This document shows positions 23,244-36,200 of a stretch of DNA of 64,000 nt, one piece after another (the stretch's first letter is position 1; each line of letters starts with the position of its first letter). The stretch spans positions 3,456,001 to 3,520,000 of the forward strand of contig CM000208.1 of the NCBI GenBank assembly GCA_000002445.1. Direction: 5' to 3'. The notes below the pieces were generated by a model that was not told where the DNA came from, did no database searches, and worked only from the letters and a program-made list of their open reading frames with translations. This stretch comes from Trypanosoma brucei. Its lineage: Eukaryota. The position numbers were made by a program, and so were the translations under genes.

Positions 23244-24644
23244 TTACAAATGGTGAGCGCTTGTGCTGCGTGTCGTTTCCCATTTCTTCGCCTTCTCTGC
23301 CAGTGGTGCACTTGGGCTGCGTGTCGTAGGTGGCACCGGACGCAAGTAGCCATCTTCCTCTAAGCGATTAATGACCTGAGAACGCCTATCTGAGTGAGCA
23401 TGATCTGTTATAAAGATTTTCCTGCCATGTTTTACGCTACTACTACGAGCCACAGGTGAGTTTGCGACGCTTTTCTTAAACTCATTTGTGGGACGGGGAG
23501 TTTTCGCCGCCGGGGGTTCCTCTTTTTCGCTTTTCGCAACGACGGCCGAGGGCGCCGTCCCAGGGTCCTTCGCAGGTACATTATTATTACAGCGGCACGG
23601 CGCAAAACACTTACAAGGCCGGCAACGGCAGACAGCATGGCAACAGCATTGCAACACTACTTGAGGGTGCTGGTTGGGTTCTGACCCTTTTTTAATAAAG
23701 GAAGTCGACCGGCTTACCTGAGCTGGCCGTGCATCCGTAGCCTTGGACTTCTTCGGCGGTTGTGTGTTCTCAGGAACGTTGTCCTCATTATTAGTTACAC
23801 GGGGTGCTGCCGCGCGCCTTTCCTTGTGCGCGGCTACACATTTCCCTTCCGCACGCGGAGCCACATGCGCTACTGTATTTCTCGCCAGAGAATGTTGCCT
23901 CATTTGACCAGTCCCACAGTGTGGTACAGGAGTATAGTAATAAGCCGGCGTTTCCTTTCGGGGGCGCGCCACAACCCGGGAAGTGCGTCTGTCTTCCACG
24001 GGGCCCACTAGTTGCCGATAACCGCGACCTCCCAGCTCCCGCCGTCGTTCTTCAACTTCGCGCCGAAGCTCTTGTCTCCGTCGCTGTTGCTCAGCCATAG
24101 CAGCTTGTTGGTGTATTGTCCCGCGAGCGTGGCGCATAAGGTGTGTCATATTGGATTTGTAATGCCCCCGTGATTCGCCGTGAGTACCCACCACCTTCCC
24201 ACCGAGTGCTTGAAGAAGGTTTTCCCGATCCGCCCGCACTGCGAGATATCGCTGCCTCTTCTCATGATGTTCATACTCCCTCAGCTGCTCCCTTTCAGGC
24301 ACGCAAAACGCACAGAGCCGCGACCCGTGAGCCACTGGGAGAACACCAACCCCTCCTCCAGAGTATGGCCGCCCCTGGTGGTGTTGGTATGGCACATTAT
24401 CACGCGAGCATCCAAAACAACAGTGGCAGCAACTGTGATCGGAAGCTGTCGCAGGGCAAACGTCGTGAGCCACTTCACAGCAACAAGGAACACGGTAGAG
24501 TGGGCCATTGTGACAAGGTGGAATCACATTACCGGCCACTCGAGTGGCAGCTCCAGCAATATAACCGGCGGGGCAGCCCGTCTGGCACGGCCTATCCTGG
24601 CTAGTTTGTGCGGCGTGGTCACGACAAATAGTGTCCGCGCTCAT
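23244..24644 (-). CDS. Hypothetical Cys-rich protein (466 aa from the first ATG); third member of the local Cys/His-cluster family, with permuted motif order
   Basis: The track start 24746 is GTG, and the first in-frame ATG is 24644..24642 (MSADTICRDH). The N-terminal half carries CCHCCFGC...RPYSGGGVGVLPVAHG, then an R/E coiled-coil (QQRRRQELRREVEERRREL), then a C-terminal CCCHAVCRCRPCKCFAPCRC cluster. Confidence 0.45.
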   Translation of the reverse strand: MSADTICRDHAAQTSQDRPCQTGCPAGYIAGAATRVAGNVIPPCHNGPLYRVPCCCEVAHDVCPATASDHSCCHCCFGCSRDNVPYQHHQGRPYSGGGVGVLPVAHGSRLCAFCVPEREQLREYEHHEKRQRYLAVRADRENLLQALGGKVVGTHGESRGHYKSNMTHLMRHARGTIHQQAAMAEQQRRRQELRREVEERRRELGGRGYRQLVGPVEDRRTSRVVARPRKETPAYYYTPVPHCGTGQMRQHSLARNTVAHVAPRAEGKCVAAHKERRAAAPRVTNNEDNVPENTQPPKKSKATDARPAQVSRSTSFIKKGSEPNQHPQVVLQCCCHAVCRCRPCKCFAPCRCNNNVPAKDPGTAPSAVVAKSEKEEPPAAKTPRPTNEFKKSVANSPVARSSSVKHGRKIFITDHAHSDRRSQVINRLEEDGYLRPVPPTTRSPSAPLAEKAKKWETTRSTSAHHL

Positions 24645-25395
24645 TTGTGTATATATATAGATATATACTGGCTCTGTGGAACCTACTTTTTCGCTCTCCT
24701 TTCCCTCAATAACTTCCACCACGTGAGCAATGCACACGCACCCCACCCTCTCTCTCCTCTATTTTTCTCTCCTCGCTCCAAACTCGTTCACTACTTTCAA
24801 ATGTTGTTTCTACTCTAAAATATATATATTCAGCCTTTGTCTCCTTTTTTTTTTTCAGATCCTTTTTTGCCCTTTTCCCTCCTCGCGCCACGGTGAGCCC
24901 TTCGACAGCGTTACCACCGCCACGAGTCACGAACGGCAGACACAATGCGTACGAAGGACAAATGTTTTGCCAAACAATGCCGATGGTAACGAAGGGTCGG
25001 CGAACTGATCGTACCGCTATCCCACCAGTAAATGATAAAAAAGGACCAAAGACTGGACCCGAAAGGAAAAGAAACAAAATAAATAACAAGAAAGAGGGGG
25101 GGAAAAAACAGATGAAATATGCGAAGTAATTACAGGAAGGGGGAAAGAAAAAAGCTCAAGGAGCGTGCGCTGTAGAGGGAGGAAGCGGCAAATCGACTTC
25201 TACCTTGAAGAAACAGAATGAAGACAGAGGGTAACGGATTTGGCACAGAGTAGCCAAGCACGAAAGGAAAAAAAAGATATGAGGAAACCGCCCATGTTGC
25301 AGCGAAGTGCAGCCAAAATGCACAGCGCGTAAAGGAAACGCGAACCCATGACCCACACCACCTGCGTGCATTACCCAGCCTTCATCCATATTCAG

Positions 25396-26541
25396 TTACT
25401 TCCCTTCTGAAGTTCCACCGTTATTCTTATTTTTCGCAGCACCTTCTTTTCTACTTTCCTCCGTGGCGGCCTCCTTCGCCTTGTGCTGTTCGTTTCCTAA
25501 CTTTTCCTTTAGTGACCGCTCCCGCCGCGCTCTCACTTCCTGTATTTCGCGAGCTATGCGCCGTCGGTTAGCAATAACGTCGTAGAGAGTGCAGACACAT
25601 CGCCCAATGGCGGCGATGAACATTGCAATCGCCTGATCATTTGCATGCCGCACCATGTCAGTTGATGTCTTCAAGTGATAAATGTGCGGCTGCAGGCTGA
25701 TAACTTCCTGCAAGACACTCAAAACATCCTCTGAGATGGGCATGGTACCCTCTGCAACGTCATTAAGATACTCCTCAATTGACTGCAGAACACGACCGAG
25801 GTGGTCAAGTGAAAGCTCACGCTCCTGGACCTGGGCGGAAAGTGTTGTGATGGTGGAATCGGTAAGGTCCCGCAAGAGATGTTCAATACCGATTTCCTCC
25901 GCCTCTTCCGCGCCGAGATGTGTGGGGATGTTGCGAAACTCCAACGATCGCGCCCCGTCTCGGCCATGCACCGTCGTATAAGCCAGCACGGGCACACCTT
26001 TGTTGTTAGGATCTGTATTCACAATGCAGTACACCGGATTCAGCGAGAAGCGATCTGCAATAAGGAGGTGCAAGAGCATGTCATTCGGCTGCACCGCGCA
26101 CGAGGGACCTGCAGAATACCACCCAACAATCCGCACCTTGGGGTGTACGCGACGAAACATTAGGAACATTTCCTCTGCATAGTTTGTATCGAGAAACCAG
26201 ACATCAGGATTCTGAGGGTCCTCATCAAACGGAACAGCGAAACTGTTGTTGATGTCAAGCACTTGTATTCCACCAGGGTGGCTGAGGTGACGGCCGAGAA
26301 GAAGCCCAGCGACACGCCGCTTTTGTGACACTTTTGCGTTAACACGGGCGTAGTGGTCGACAAGTGAGAGCAAAACAAGTGGGTGAACCTCTACTCGTGC
26401 CCCCGCAGGAGTAAATACCGGAACATCTTTTCCACCATCACGTTCCGCGTCGCCGTCGTCCCCATTGACGGATGTGTCCTGTTGGTCCACTTCAGGATTG
26501 AGTACCGCAGGTTGCGGTTCCTTGGGGTCATCATTGGCCAT
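25396..26541 (-). CDS. RPN8: 26S proteasome regulatory subunit Rpn8 (PSMD7, MPN/Mov34 domain), 381 aa
   Basis: ATG at 26541. VHPLVLLSLVDHYARV, NSFAVPFDEDP, RIVGWYSAGP and AEEAEEIGIEHLLRDL are near-identical to remembered Rpn8/PSMD7 MPN-domain blocks. There is a lysine-rich C-terminal tail. Confidence 0.88.
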   Translation of the reverse strand: MANDDPKEPQPAVLNPEVDQQDTSVNGDDGDAERDGGKDVPVFTPAGARVEVHPLVLLSLVDHYARVNAKVSQKRRVAGLLLGRHLSHPGGIQVLDINNSFAVPFDEDPQNPDVWFLDTNYAEEMFLMFRRVHPKVRIVGWYSAGPSCAVQPNDMLLHLLIADRFSLNPVYCIVNTDPNNKGVPVLAYTTVHGRDGARSLEFRNIPTHLGAEEAEEIGIEHLLRDLTDSTITTLSAQVQERELSLDHLGRVLQSIEEYLNDVAEGTMPISEDVLSVLQEVISLQPHIYHLKTSTDMVRHANDQAIAMFIAAIGRCVCTLYDVIANRRRIAREIQEVRARRERSLKEKLGNEQHKAKEAATEESRKEGAAKNKNNGGTSEGK

Positions 26542-26785
26542 TAGCTATAAGAGTATAGTATATGGGAAACCAAATAACAACAACAACGATGACGACTACG
26601 ACGACTAAAAGTGAAACACAGTCCTCACAAAAATAACAGTGCAAGTTCACCGCTCTCCTTTTGTTCCCTCACTAACCTAACTTCTGATCACTATTTTCCC
26701 CTCGCTCCCTTCCTTCCTTCTTTTTTTTTTTCAATGCGTCTCTCTGGCTCCTACTATTGATCCACACTCCGCAATCGAAGCGGTA

Positions 26786-26920
26786 GCAATGAATGAATGA
26801 ATGAAGGAGGGGAGAGGGGAGGGGGGTCGACAAAGAGAGGAAATCCGCAAGTAAAAAATATAAAAAAAAAAGAAAGGAGAAGAGAGGAGAGAAATAGATA
26901 AACAAGAAGGCAAAACCACA
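26786..26920 (-). promoter_or_regulatory. Candidate polypyrimidine tract and AG trans-splice acceptor region for Rpn8 (polypurine on the plus strand)
   Basis: The plus strand here is G/A-rich (gaatgaatgaaggaggggagaggggagg...aaaaaaaaaagaaaggagaagagaggagag), so the minus strand is pyrimidine-rich. It lies about 250 nt upstream of the Rpn8 ATG with AG dinucleotides following. Confidence 0.3.
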
Positions 26921-28629
26921 AAATTTTGAGCAACACAGCACCAAGTACAGCCAGTAATTAGCCAACAAAAAAAAACACAAACAAAATTGGGCAGTCAGTC
27001 GAAAGAAAAGAAAATAAATAAATAGAGTGTTCCCGGTGAGACACACTGCGATTTTCTCTTTTTTTAACCCATCAGATTTTTTTTGGGGGGGGAGTAGGGA
27101 CTCATTGTTTGTGATGGATGAGGGTTTTTTTTTTTATTTGTCACCCATACGCTACTTCATTTTTCTCTCAAAACCAAAAAAAAAAAAGAAATTTTCTCCC
27201 GATTTTTTTTCTTACTCCCTCCCTCTCGCACGCTTTTGGTATCGAATTTACTTTTAAGTGTACAAAAAAACCCAGACGCTTCATCTGCGACTCGAGCAAA
27301 CGGGGAAAGGGAGAAAAATTGAGTAAAAAGAAAAATAAGAAAGAAAATAACAATAATAACAATGACGATGATGATGATGATAACGATAATGGTAGGCAAC
27401 TATACTATAAAGAGACGAAACGGCAGCAGCAGGAAAAAAAAAAAGGCATGAACCATCCCTCAATTCCTTTCACTCACTCATTCATTTATTTATTCATTCT
27501 CACCCTCATCCTCCACACCCTTCTCTCCCCCTCTGTAAAAACATGCCTCCTCCTCCCTTATGTTCTCCTTCTTTCTTTCTTTCCTTCTTATTTTTTAAAA
27601 AAAATTTTCATCATGAAAAAAAAAAAACAAAGAAAGGAGTAGGAACAGTGGATAGATTTGAAGAAGAGAAAAGACAAAAAGAAAGAGAAAGAGAACAACT
27701 ACACGGTATGTGAAAAGAGTTGAAGATAAAATATTTGCATGGCATCTTGAAGTTGAAATGATCCCAAAGTTTGATGGCATAAGGGATCGCGAGCTGTACA
27801 CAAACACACATATTTTGCATGCATTTGCCTTTGTGTATTTTCCCCCATGCCTGCGCAAGTAATGGCTGAGGCAACTGTAACGATTATTATAATGGGATAA
27901 TGGCAACCCGATACGGTAACACACAGGCACACACACACACAAAAAAAAAAATAATAATAATAGTACTAATAATGTGCTCGCCGCATTATTCTCTTTTTCC
28001 TTTTTTTTTTCCTCTCCCGTTTAGGAACGGTGTGTGTTTCTCGTTCCATCATCTAATAATCGCATCTTTCCCAAAGTTTTTTTTTTCATTTTATCCTTCT
28101 TTTTCTTCACTCTCTCCTCCTTCCTCTGAAGAAACCTCCTCATTCACACAAAACCATCAACGCAAACAAAAGCACAAAATAGACAATAATCACACACCAC
28201 AAGAGAACAACAATAAATGTAATTTGTAGCATTGACGAACGCGCCTTTTTCTTTTTCTTTCTTTCTGTTTTTTTTTCCCCCTCCCCCTCTCATTATTTTA
28301 TTTGGTGTTATGCTGTTGCTGTTGCTGTTGCTGTTGTTGTTGTTTTCCTTCTCTTGACAGCTCCTTCGCCTTCCCTCCCAATGCCATCGTTCCGTGCCTT
28401 CTCATTACCCCTCATCATCATCATCATTATCATTACTATCACATAGAAACCCATATATAATTTCCAGCCAAAAAGAAAAAGAAAAAAGAAAGATTCTCCC
28501 CTTCCCCCCTGATCCTAAAAAAGAAAAAAGAAATTCCTTTTGATGTTTTCTTTTTCTTTCTTCTGCCCCACCACTTTTCATTTCCTTTTTTTTTTAAATT
28601 CGCGTTCTCCTCCTCCGGTCGCATGAATG

Positions 28630-28641
28630 CATATATATATG

Positions 28642-28672
<31 letters not shown>
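28630..28672. repeat. (TA)n microsatellite
   Basis: Direct read: atatatatatgtatatataatatatatatatatatatatata. Confidence 0.8.
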
Positions 28673-31047
28673 CATACATAATCTGTTTAATTTATTTTTT
28701 TTATTTTGCCTATTCCTTTTCTCTTTACCAACTTTGAAAAATATTGTAAAAGAAAAAAAAAAGAAAAAAGGTACAAAGCTGAAGACATACTTTGCTAAAC
28801 AGGTGTTCACCGCTTCGACACTCACCTTTTGCTTATGTTCTCATTTTTTCCTTCCATCCCTTCCTCATTTCTTTTTGTCTTTTTTTTTTCTTTTCTTCCT
28901 TTTCCCTTTCTTTATGCATTTCATATGATAAATAGAAATAAATAAGCATATGAATACGAATACGAATAAATAAACAATCTTTCTTCTTCCTTTCTGCCCA
29001 AACACTGAGTTGTTTACCTCATCTTGTTTGCGTTGCTTTCACACGCCCTTTTCTTTTCCTCTTTTCTCTTATTTTCTTTTTCCCATTTTCGCTTGATGAG
29101 AAAACAAATATCGACGACAACAAAAGAAAAAAAAATTGTGCTCTTTTCTCTTCTCTTCCCTTCACCTTCTTTTTTTTTTCTTTTCTTTCTTTCCTTCACT
29201 TGTACTGTTCAGGAAGTCATTCATTTTCACACCTTATGATTATCTCTTTCACCACGTGCAGATATGTACTAATAACCAAAGTAATAAAGACAATAACATG
29301 AAGCATATGATCGAGTAATGCGCCTCGGTTTTCCCCTTTCTTGCGCTTCTTTAATATATTTTTTTATGTTTTTTTTTTCCTCCTCCTCTTCCTGATCTCC
29401 ATTTTTTTTTTCTTTTTTTCCTTTTTCCTTTTTTCCTTTTTTTTTTTAACTTCCATTTTCATGAATCAGGCAATTGCGAAGAGAAATAATGAAAGAGAAA
29501 CACACAAACACACAAGGAAAGGGATAAACAAAAAAAACGAAAAAAAAAAAGAAGACAACAAAGTGAAACAGAAAAGAAAAAAGAAAAAAAAGGACAAGTG
29601 CAGATTTCATAATCTCAGTGGGTAAAAAAAAAAAAACTTTACCATTTCATCTCCCTTTTTCTGTTCCGACTTTTTCTTTTCATCCTGATTAGAACACAAA
29701 ACGTAAAAAGATATTAACTGTAGACGAAACAATATGAGAAAAAAAGAAAGAAAGAAAAAGGAAGAAAAAAAAAAGAGAAAAGGGATAAAACTTACATTTT
29801 GAAGAAAACAAAACATAGAAAGAGAAAAAAAAAAGAAACGAAAACAAGAAAAAAAAAAGAAGAGCTATGGCACATTCTTGTTTGTTTATTTGTTTGTGTG
29901 TGCGCTAAATCAATAACAAAACACAATAAAAGTGTTTCCACCACTTCAATCAACAGGCGAAAGGGAGACAGATGAGGGGAAAATATTTTAAAAAAAAAAC
30001 AAGGACAGAGAAGGAAAGGGAGCGAGGCAAAAAGAAAAAAAAAGACAAACAAACAATAATCAATCATTACAAGTCGTATTAACAATAATAAAAAGGTGAC
30101 ACCATTACTAATAAGTAATAATCATCATAATAATCTTAGTAGTAACAATAAAACATTAATACTAACAACAACAACATTAAACAATAGCAATAACAACAAC
30201 AATAATGATAATGATAATAACAATAACCATAGAAAACGTACTGTTACAAATTCATTTTCTCCCCTCCTCCCTTCCTTCTTCCTTCTCCATTGGTATCATT
30301 TGAAAAACAAATTGGAAGAGGAAAAAGAAAAATAAAAAGGGAAAACATATTGCGGTTGTTTCATTACTTCTGTCTATGTGCACCTTTTCCAAATCCCTTC
30401 AAACAAACATATTCTTCCGTTATTCTTTTGAGAATTGTCCCTTTTATTTGCCGTTTTCTTTACTTATTTCCCTTTCACTCCGTGTTTTACATTTCATATT
30501 ATTTTATTTTTATTTTTATTTTTTGCTTCATTACTTTTTTCTTTTTCTCTTCCTTCATTCTGTCCCGTTTTTTTTTTTGACAATTTTACAAAAAAAAAGA
30601 AAAAAAGAAAAAGTTTTCCTACATTGTCCCTTCTTCGTTTCTCCATTCGTTAACTCCAAGCCCTTTTCCTTCCCTTTTTTTGTTTGTTTTTCTCCCGCCG
30701 TGTCCCACAACATCTTCTTTTGTTTCTTCCACCGCGCTCCCCTCCTCTACAAAATATTTGTTATAAATCGTTGCATAAACAAAAACAAAACAACAAAAAA
30801 CAAACAAACAAACAACAACAACCAAAGAAAAAAAAGAAAGAAAAATGATTTTCCTCACACCATTCATCTCCCCTCATCAGCCCACCTCTCGCCTAAACAA
30901 AAAAAAAAACAGTAAAGTCATAAAATATCAACAACAGTAACAATAGTAGAAGTAATAGTAGAAGTAATAATAGAAGTAATAATAATAATAATGAGAGTAA
31001 TAATAGTACTAACAATATTAACACTGATATTTCTTAATAATAAAAAA

Positions 31048-31080
<33 letters not shown>
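31048..31080. repeat. (GAT)11 microsatellite
   Basis: Direct read: gatgatgatgatgatgatgatgatgatgatgat, flanked by (AGT/AAT)-rich repeats. Confidence 0.85.
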
Positions 31081-32489
31081 AATGATATATATATAAATAA
31101 AAAAAGAAGACAATAGTGGTAGTAGTAGTAATAATAACAATAACGAAATGATACGAGAGAAGTTACAAAATGCACCATTTTTTTTTTTAATCCCTTATTT
31201 CATTTTCATTTACTTGTGCATGAATACACATATATCCATATATTCATCCATGAATAAATAAATACCTAAACACATTCTTATGTTTAAATATAAATAAATA
31301 TATAAACACATGATTATACAAATATATATGTATATATAAATATAAGACGCGCACCTGCGTAGTTCACTTCATCTTTTTTTTTCTTAATTTCCCTCCTTTT
31401 CTTTCTCTTCTTCCTGTGTTTTTTGGTGCCGCTGATTTCATTTTAGTTTTAATTTTTGTTTCGTTAAATTGATCACTTCATTTGCAGCTGTTGAACCTAC
31501 GAACAAAATTTAAAAAAGCGCTAGCAATCGGAGCCTTCTTCGTCGTTGGGTGCTGATGTTATTTTGAATGAATGAATGAAAGAAAGAAAGAAGGGTAACT
31601 TATTTCATTTTATATTATATTATATTAATTTTGTATGAATTTATTCTACTTTGCATTACTTGCTTTTCTCTCTCTCTTTTTTCTTTCTCTTCTCTCTTTG
31701 TTGATCCATGCATGCATTTCTATTCTTTTCGCTTCATTTCCCCTCATCTTCATAACCATCATATTTACACCAAAACATATTTTTTTTCTTTTCTTTTTTA
31801 TTTTTCCTCGCTCTCATTAAATTCCATCACTAAACTTTCTCTCACCCCCATTCCCCTAATTGCGTTATTTCCGCAATCCCCATGAAGTCGCGGTCGCACA
31901 CTATCCTAAAAATATAAATATCTGTTATACATATACATATATATATATTTATATTTATTTATTTTTTTAAATACTCTGTTTTATTTCGTTTCCTTTTCTT
32001 TTTGTTCTTGTTGTTGTTATTGCTGTTGTCGCTTGTTTTGTTTCTTTTTAATTATTATTATTATTATTTTTTTTTCTTTTTACGTCCTCGTTTTCATTCA
32101 TTTTATTAACTTTCTTTGTTTTTATTTTTATTTTTTTCTTTTTAAAATACCGTTTCATTTTAGGAACTTCTCCTCTCTTATTTTATACCATATCATCGTT
32201 ATATCACCACCACCATTGCCATCGTATTATTATTATTATTATCATCATCATCATCATCAATATTGTTACCCCCTCCTGTTTGTTCGAGTACAAAAAGCAG
32301 AGAGATACAAACCAAACAACAACAACAAGGAAAAATAATAATAATAATAATAAAAAAACAAAAGATGGAAAAAAGGGGGAAAAACAAAAAAACAGAAGAA
32401 GAAAAAAACGAACACGTATTTAAAAACTTACAAGTAAAAGAGAAAAAGAGTAAAGAGAAAACGAAAAATAAGAAGCGGGAGAAATGAGA

Positions 32490-32558
32490 TTTATTTGATT
32501 CCTCATGTGGACTCCCTTCCCTGGTAGATGCAGGAATCCACATGAGGAATCAAATAAA
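32490..32558. repeat. Perfect 22-bp inverted repeat (stem-loop with a 25-nt loop)
   Basis: Left arm tttatttgattcctcatgtgga at 32490..32511. Right arm tccacatgaggaatcaaataaa at 32537..32558. The two arms are exact reverse complements, and the loop is ctcccttccctggtagatgcaggaa. Confidence 0.8.
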
Positions 32559-33232
32559 ACATATAAAAATCAAAACAATACAAAAAAAACAAAAAAAAGG
32601 AGGAGGTCGCAGAGGCGAAGCGACGTGCTGAAGAGTGTACTGAAAACAAATGAAAGGAACAAAAAAAAAAGGCAAAAAAAAAGAGAGAGGGGTGTTGAGA
32701 CCATTGAATGTTTTTGATTGCCAGCAAAGCGATAAAAACAAAAATAAAAGTAAAAAAAAACTATTCTACCGAAGGAGGGGGGAAGAAGGCTTTTTTTAAA
32801 AGGACAAACAAGGGGAATAGGGAAGAAATGAACAAAAAGCAAAAAAAAAAAACACCGCTATCGGAAGTGAGTCATAACACTACGCACGCTATATATATAT
32901 ATATATATATGCGCCTCTTTTTATACGGGTGTGCGCGTGCGCTTTCCTTTTTTTTTCTTTCTTTCTCCTCTTCATTCCTAAATATTTATTAGTTCGTGTG
33001 GCATCGAGTGAAATCCGTCGTTGCGTGCGGGGTCGCTAAAAAAAAAAAAACAAAAACAGAAAAGGGTAAAGGGTAAAAACTGTCAACCTCCATTATTCTT
33101 TTTCTTTTCCCTAATTATTTTACCTTCAATTTTATTTTGGCTCCTCTTCTTTTTTTTTAATTTCATTATTTCCTTTTACACCAAACACATTTACACTCCT
33201 TTTTCTTTTTATAAATATACTGCCGTTCTCAC

Positions 33233-33236
<4 letters not shown>

Positions 33237-33270
<34 letters not shown>
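33237..33270. repeat. (TA)n microsatellite
   Basis: Direct read: tatatatatatatatatatatatatatata followed by tttatataaatatatataaataaatat. Confidence 0.8.
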
Positions 33271-33276
<6 letters not shown>

Positions 33277-36200
33277 AATATATATAAATAAATATTTCTT
33301 TCTCTCACTGTACCTCTACCCTTTTAAACATTTCCCAACAACCACTGGGCTCAATAGAAAAAAAAAAAGTGACAACAACGGTATTATCACCGTGAAAAAG
33401 AGAAAGAAAAAGATATGGTAAAAAAAAACATAAATACAAATATAAATAGAAAGAAGGTGGGGAATAATTTAAAAAAAAACTGAAAGAAAAAAAGAAAAAA
33501 ACAAGGGGAAAGAAGTCAAATCCAAAAGACGTTAACGGTGAAATAACACAAATTGGAAGAAAAGATAAAAATGAAGATAAATGGGACTTTTATAATTTAA
33601 TAAAAGAAAAAAAACAACAAAGGAGACATTTTATTTTGCTTCACCGGCTTTCTTTTCTTTTTCCTGCTTTCATGGGAGAAGGAAGGACGAAGGAAAGAGA
33701 AACTTTACAAAAAAAAAAAAGAAACGAAAACGAAAAATTAAAAAAAACAAAAAAAAACAAAAAGCAAAAGGGAATGGAAAAAGTGACACCAGGCGACAAA
33801 GTGGAAAATGAGAAGAAGATAAAAGACAAAAAAACAGAAGGGAGAAGAGGAGGGGAACAAAAAGCAAAAACGTAATATCGCTCGAATAAAAATAAAAATA
33901 GAAACATAATTTTTTTTAAAAAAAAGAAGAGAGTCAACAAAGAGAAAAGTAGAAAAACAAAAAGTTAACAAAAACAAAAAAAATCATAGCGTGGACCCCA
34001 AGGGAAACTATTCTGTACTGTGCTTTTATTCATTTGGTTCACTTTCCTCCCTTGTCAAAGCGTCACCATAACGGTGACAACAAACGGTAGAACGCGATAA
34101 TAATAATAATAATAATAACAGTAATAATAATAATAATTGAACTCATATTTTAGTGCACGCGTGCGTGTGAGTGCAGGTTTAGGTTTGTGTACGCGTGAAC
34201 ACTTATTAATATTATATTTTAAAGGGTTGTTATTATTATCGTTGGTGTTAATATCGTTAGCATTATCATCATTATTATTAGGATCGAAGGAGCAAAACAA
34301 AAATATTTCGAAACATCAACAACAACAAAAAAAAAAAGGGAACTCTGGATAGGACCACGGGAGTTTAAACGGGGAGGATGGAAAAAAAACAAAAATAAAG
34401 AAGAAAAAGAGAGAAAACGGTGGATCTAGTGGAAATGGATGCCAAATAAACAAACAAATATATATATATATTGGTAATGGTATTGATATTGATATTGATA
34501 TATTGATATATTTAATAAAATGGAAAAAGCAAATAACAAGAAAGAGCAAAAGTGAAGACTATCAGACAACAACGACAACAAATGAAAGAATGAAATAAAA
34601 TCAAAAACTATAAAATTTTTAAAAAATTAAAAAAAGGAACTACAGAGACTTATGTGACGAATGAAGGAGCGAAGTGGGCGAACAGGAGCAGCATTAGCTG
34701 GCATACACACATACACATATGTTAATATGTAAATATGTAAATATATAAATTAAATACTAACCTAATATATAAACATATATGTACTTACCGGCACGTAAGC
34801 GTAGACATAGTTCCCTCACGCCCACAGCCCCTACTTCAAACATAAACATATATCCGTAGCACATATAATATTATATTTATATATACAAACATACATATAT
34901 ACGAAATAAGGTCATCCATCACCACTTCCATCAATATCTTTTTTTCTTTTCTTTTCTTATTTCATTGTGCTTTTGAGTTTCTCTCCCCCTCGCTTTTTTT
35001 TTCTTTTTTAACCTTTTGATTTGTTCGTTTGTTTCTCATTCTTTTTTTTTTCCTCCTACTCCCCCCCCCCTCTCCCTTTTTCCCGTAGTAAAGATTATTA
35101 TTATTATTATTTCTTTTTTTTTCCTCTCCCTCTCTCTCTCTCTTCACAGAAAATACAGTAAGGCACACATCTCCCCACTCACAGCACTAAACACAAAAGA
35201 GAGATTTTTCCTTTTTTTTTTGTTTTTTTGTAAAAGGAAAAAAAATGTACATACCAAAAACTAAAACAAAAAGAACAATAATAAAGAAAAAGTGAACGAA
35301 AACGAAAACAATGAGCGACAAGCGTAAACTTAATAAATAAAAAAAATGAAAAAAAATGAAAAATGAAAAAACAGACAAAAACCTCTTCGTGTTATTCCCC
35401 GTCCTCAGACCTCATTCTCATCATCTCACCACACAAATTTTCGCCACTTAAACGCCAGCTGTACTTTCGCCCCCTCCCCCCCCCCCAAAGAAAAAAATAT
35501 AAATATAAATATAAATAAAAATATTAATATTAATATTAACTTCGCGGTGTCACAAACTTCCCTTCTTCCTTTTCTCTCCTTTTCGTATCGAATACCTTCG
35601 CACAAACACACACATATAAATACATATAAAAAAAACGAAAAAAAAAAAATATATATATATATGTATATTTCGTACACGGTGGCATCCCTACTACAAATAT
35701 TTGAGAAGAACAAAACAAGAAAAAAACCTTTGTGTATTCCTCTTTTTTCCTTCTTGGTTATTTTAATTTTTTTAAAAAAAAATTATTTATTTATCGATCT
35801 CTGCATTGTCTTCACCGAATCGCGCACGCTTCATTCTTTTCCTTTGAAATCATTTTAAAAAAAAAACTCGAAATTGTTTCGTATGCGCTTGCGGGCTCTC
35901 ACGCCCCTCCCCCCAAACAGAGAAACCAACTAAAGTTTAAAACAAATGACAATAGTTTCTGTGCATATTTTCCCTCTCCTTAACAAGTACAAGAAAAAAC
36001 AAAAAAAAAAAAAGAAAAGCACACATTCACACACTTTGGTCGCCGCAAATGTGATTTCCATCCCCTTCGTTCTCCTTCCTTTCCCCCTTCTCTCCTTTTC
36101 TATCTTGGAAAAAAAAAATAATAATAAAACAAAATAAAGTAAAATAAAGTAAACAGTTTAATTATCTTCCCCCTTTTCACCCCACACACCCACACCGCAC

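Noticed and set aside
27118-27642. Low-complexity ORFs inside the 11 kb tract (for example 27118..27642 +, 30376..30915 + and 36531..37073 -)
   Set aside because: They translate to poly-K/N/F/L/S runs that are driven by microsatellites and homopolymers. Reading frames are not maintained across repeat boundaries, and there are no domains.
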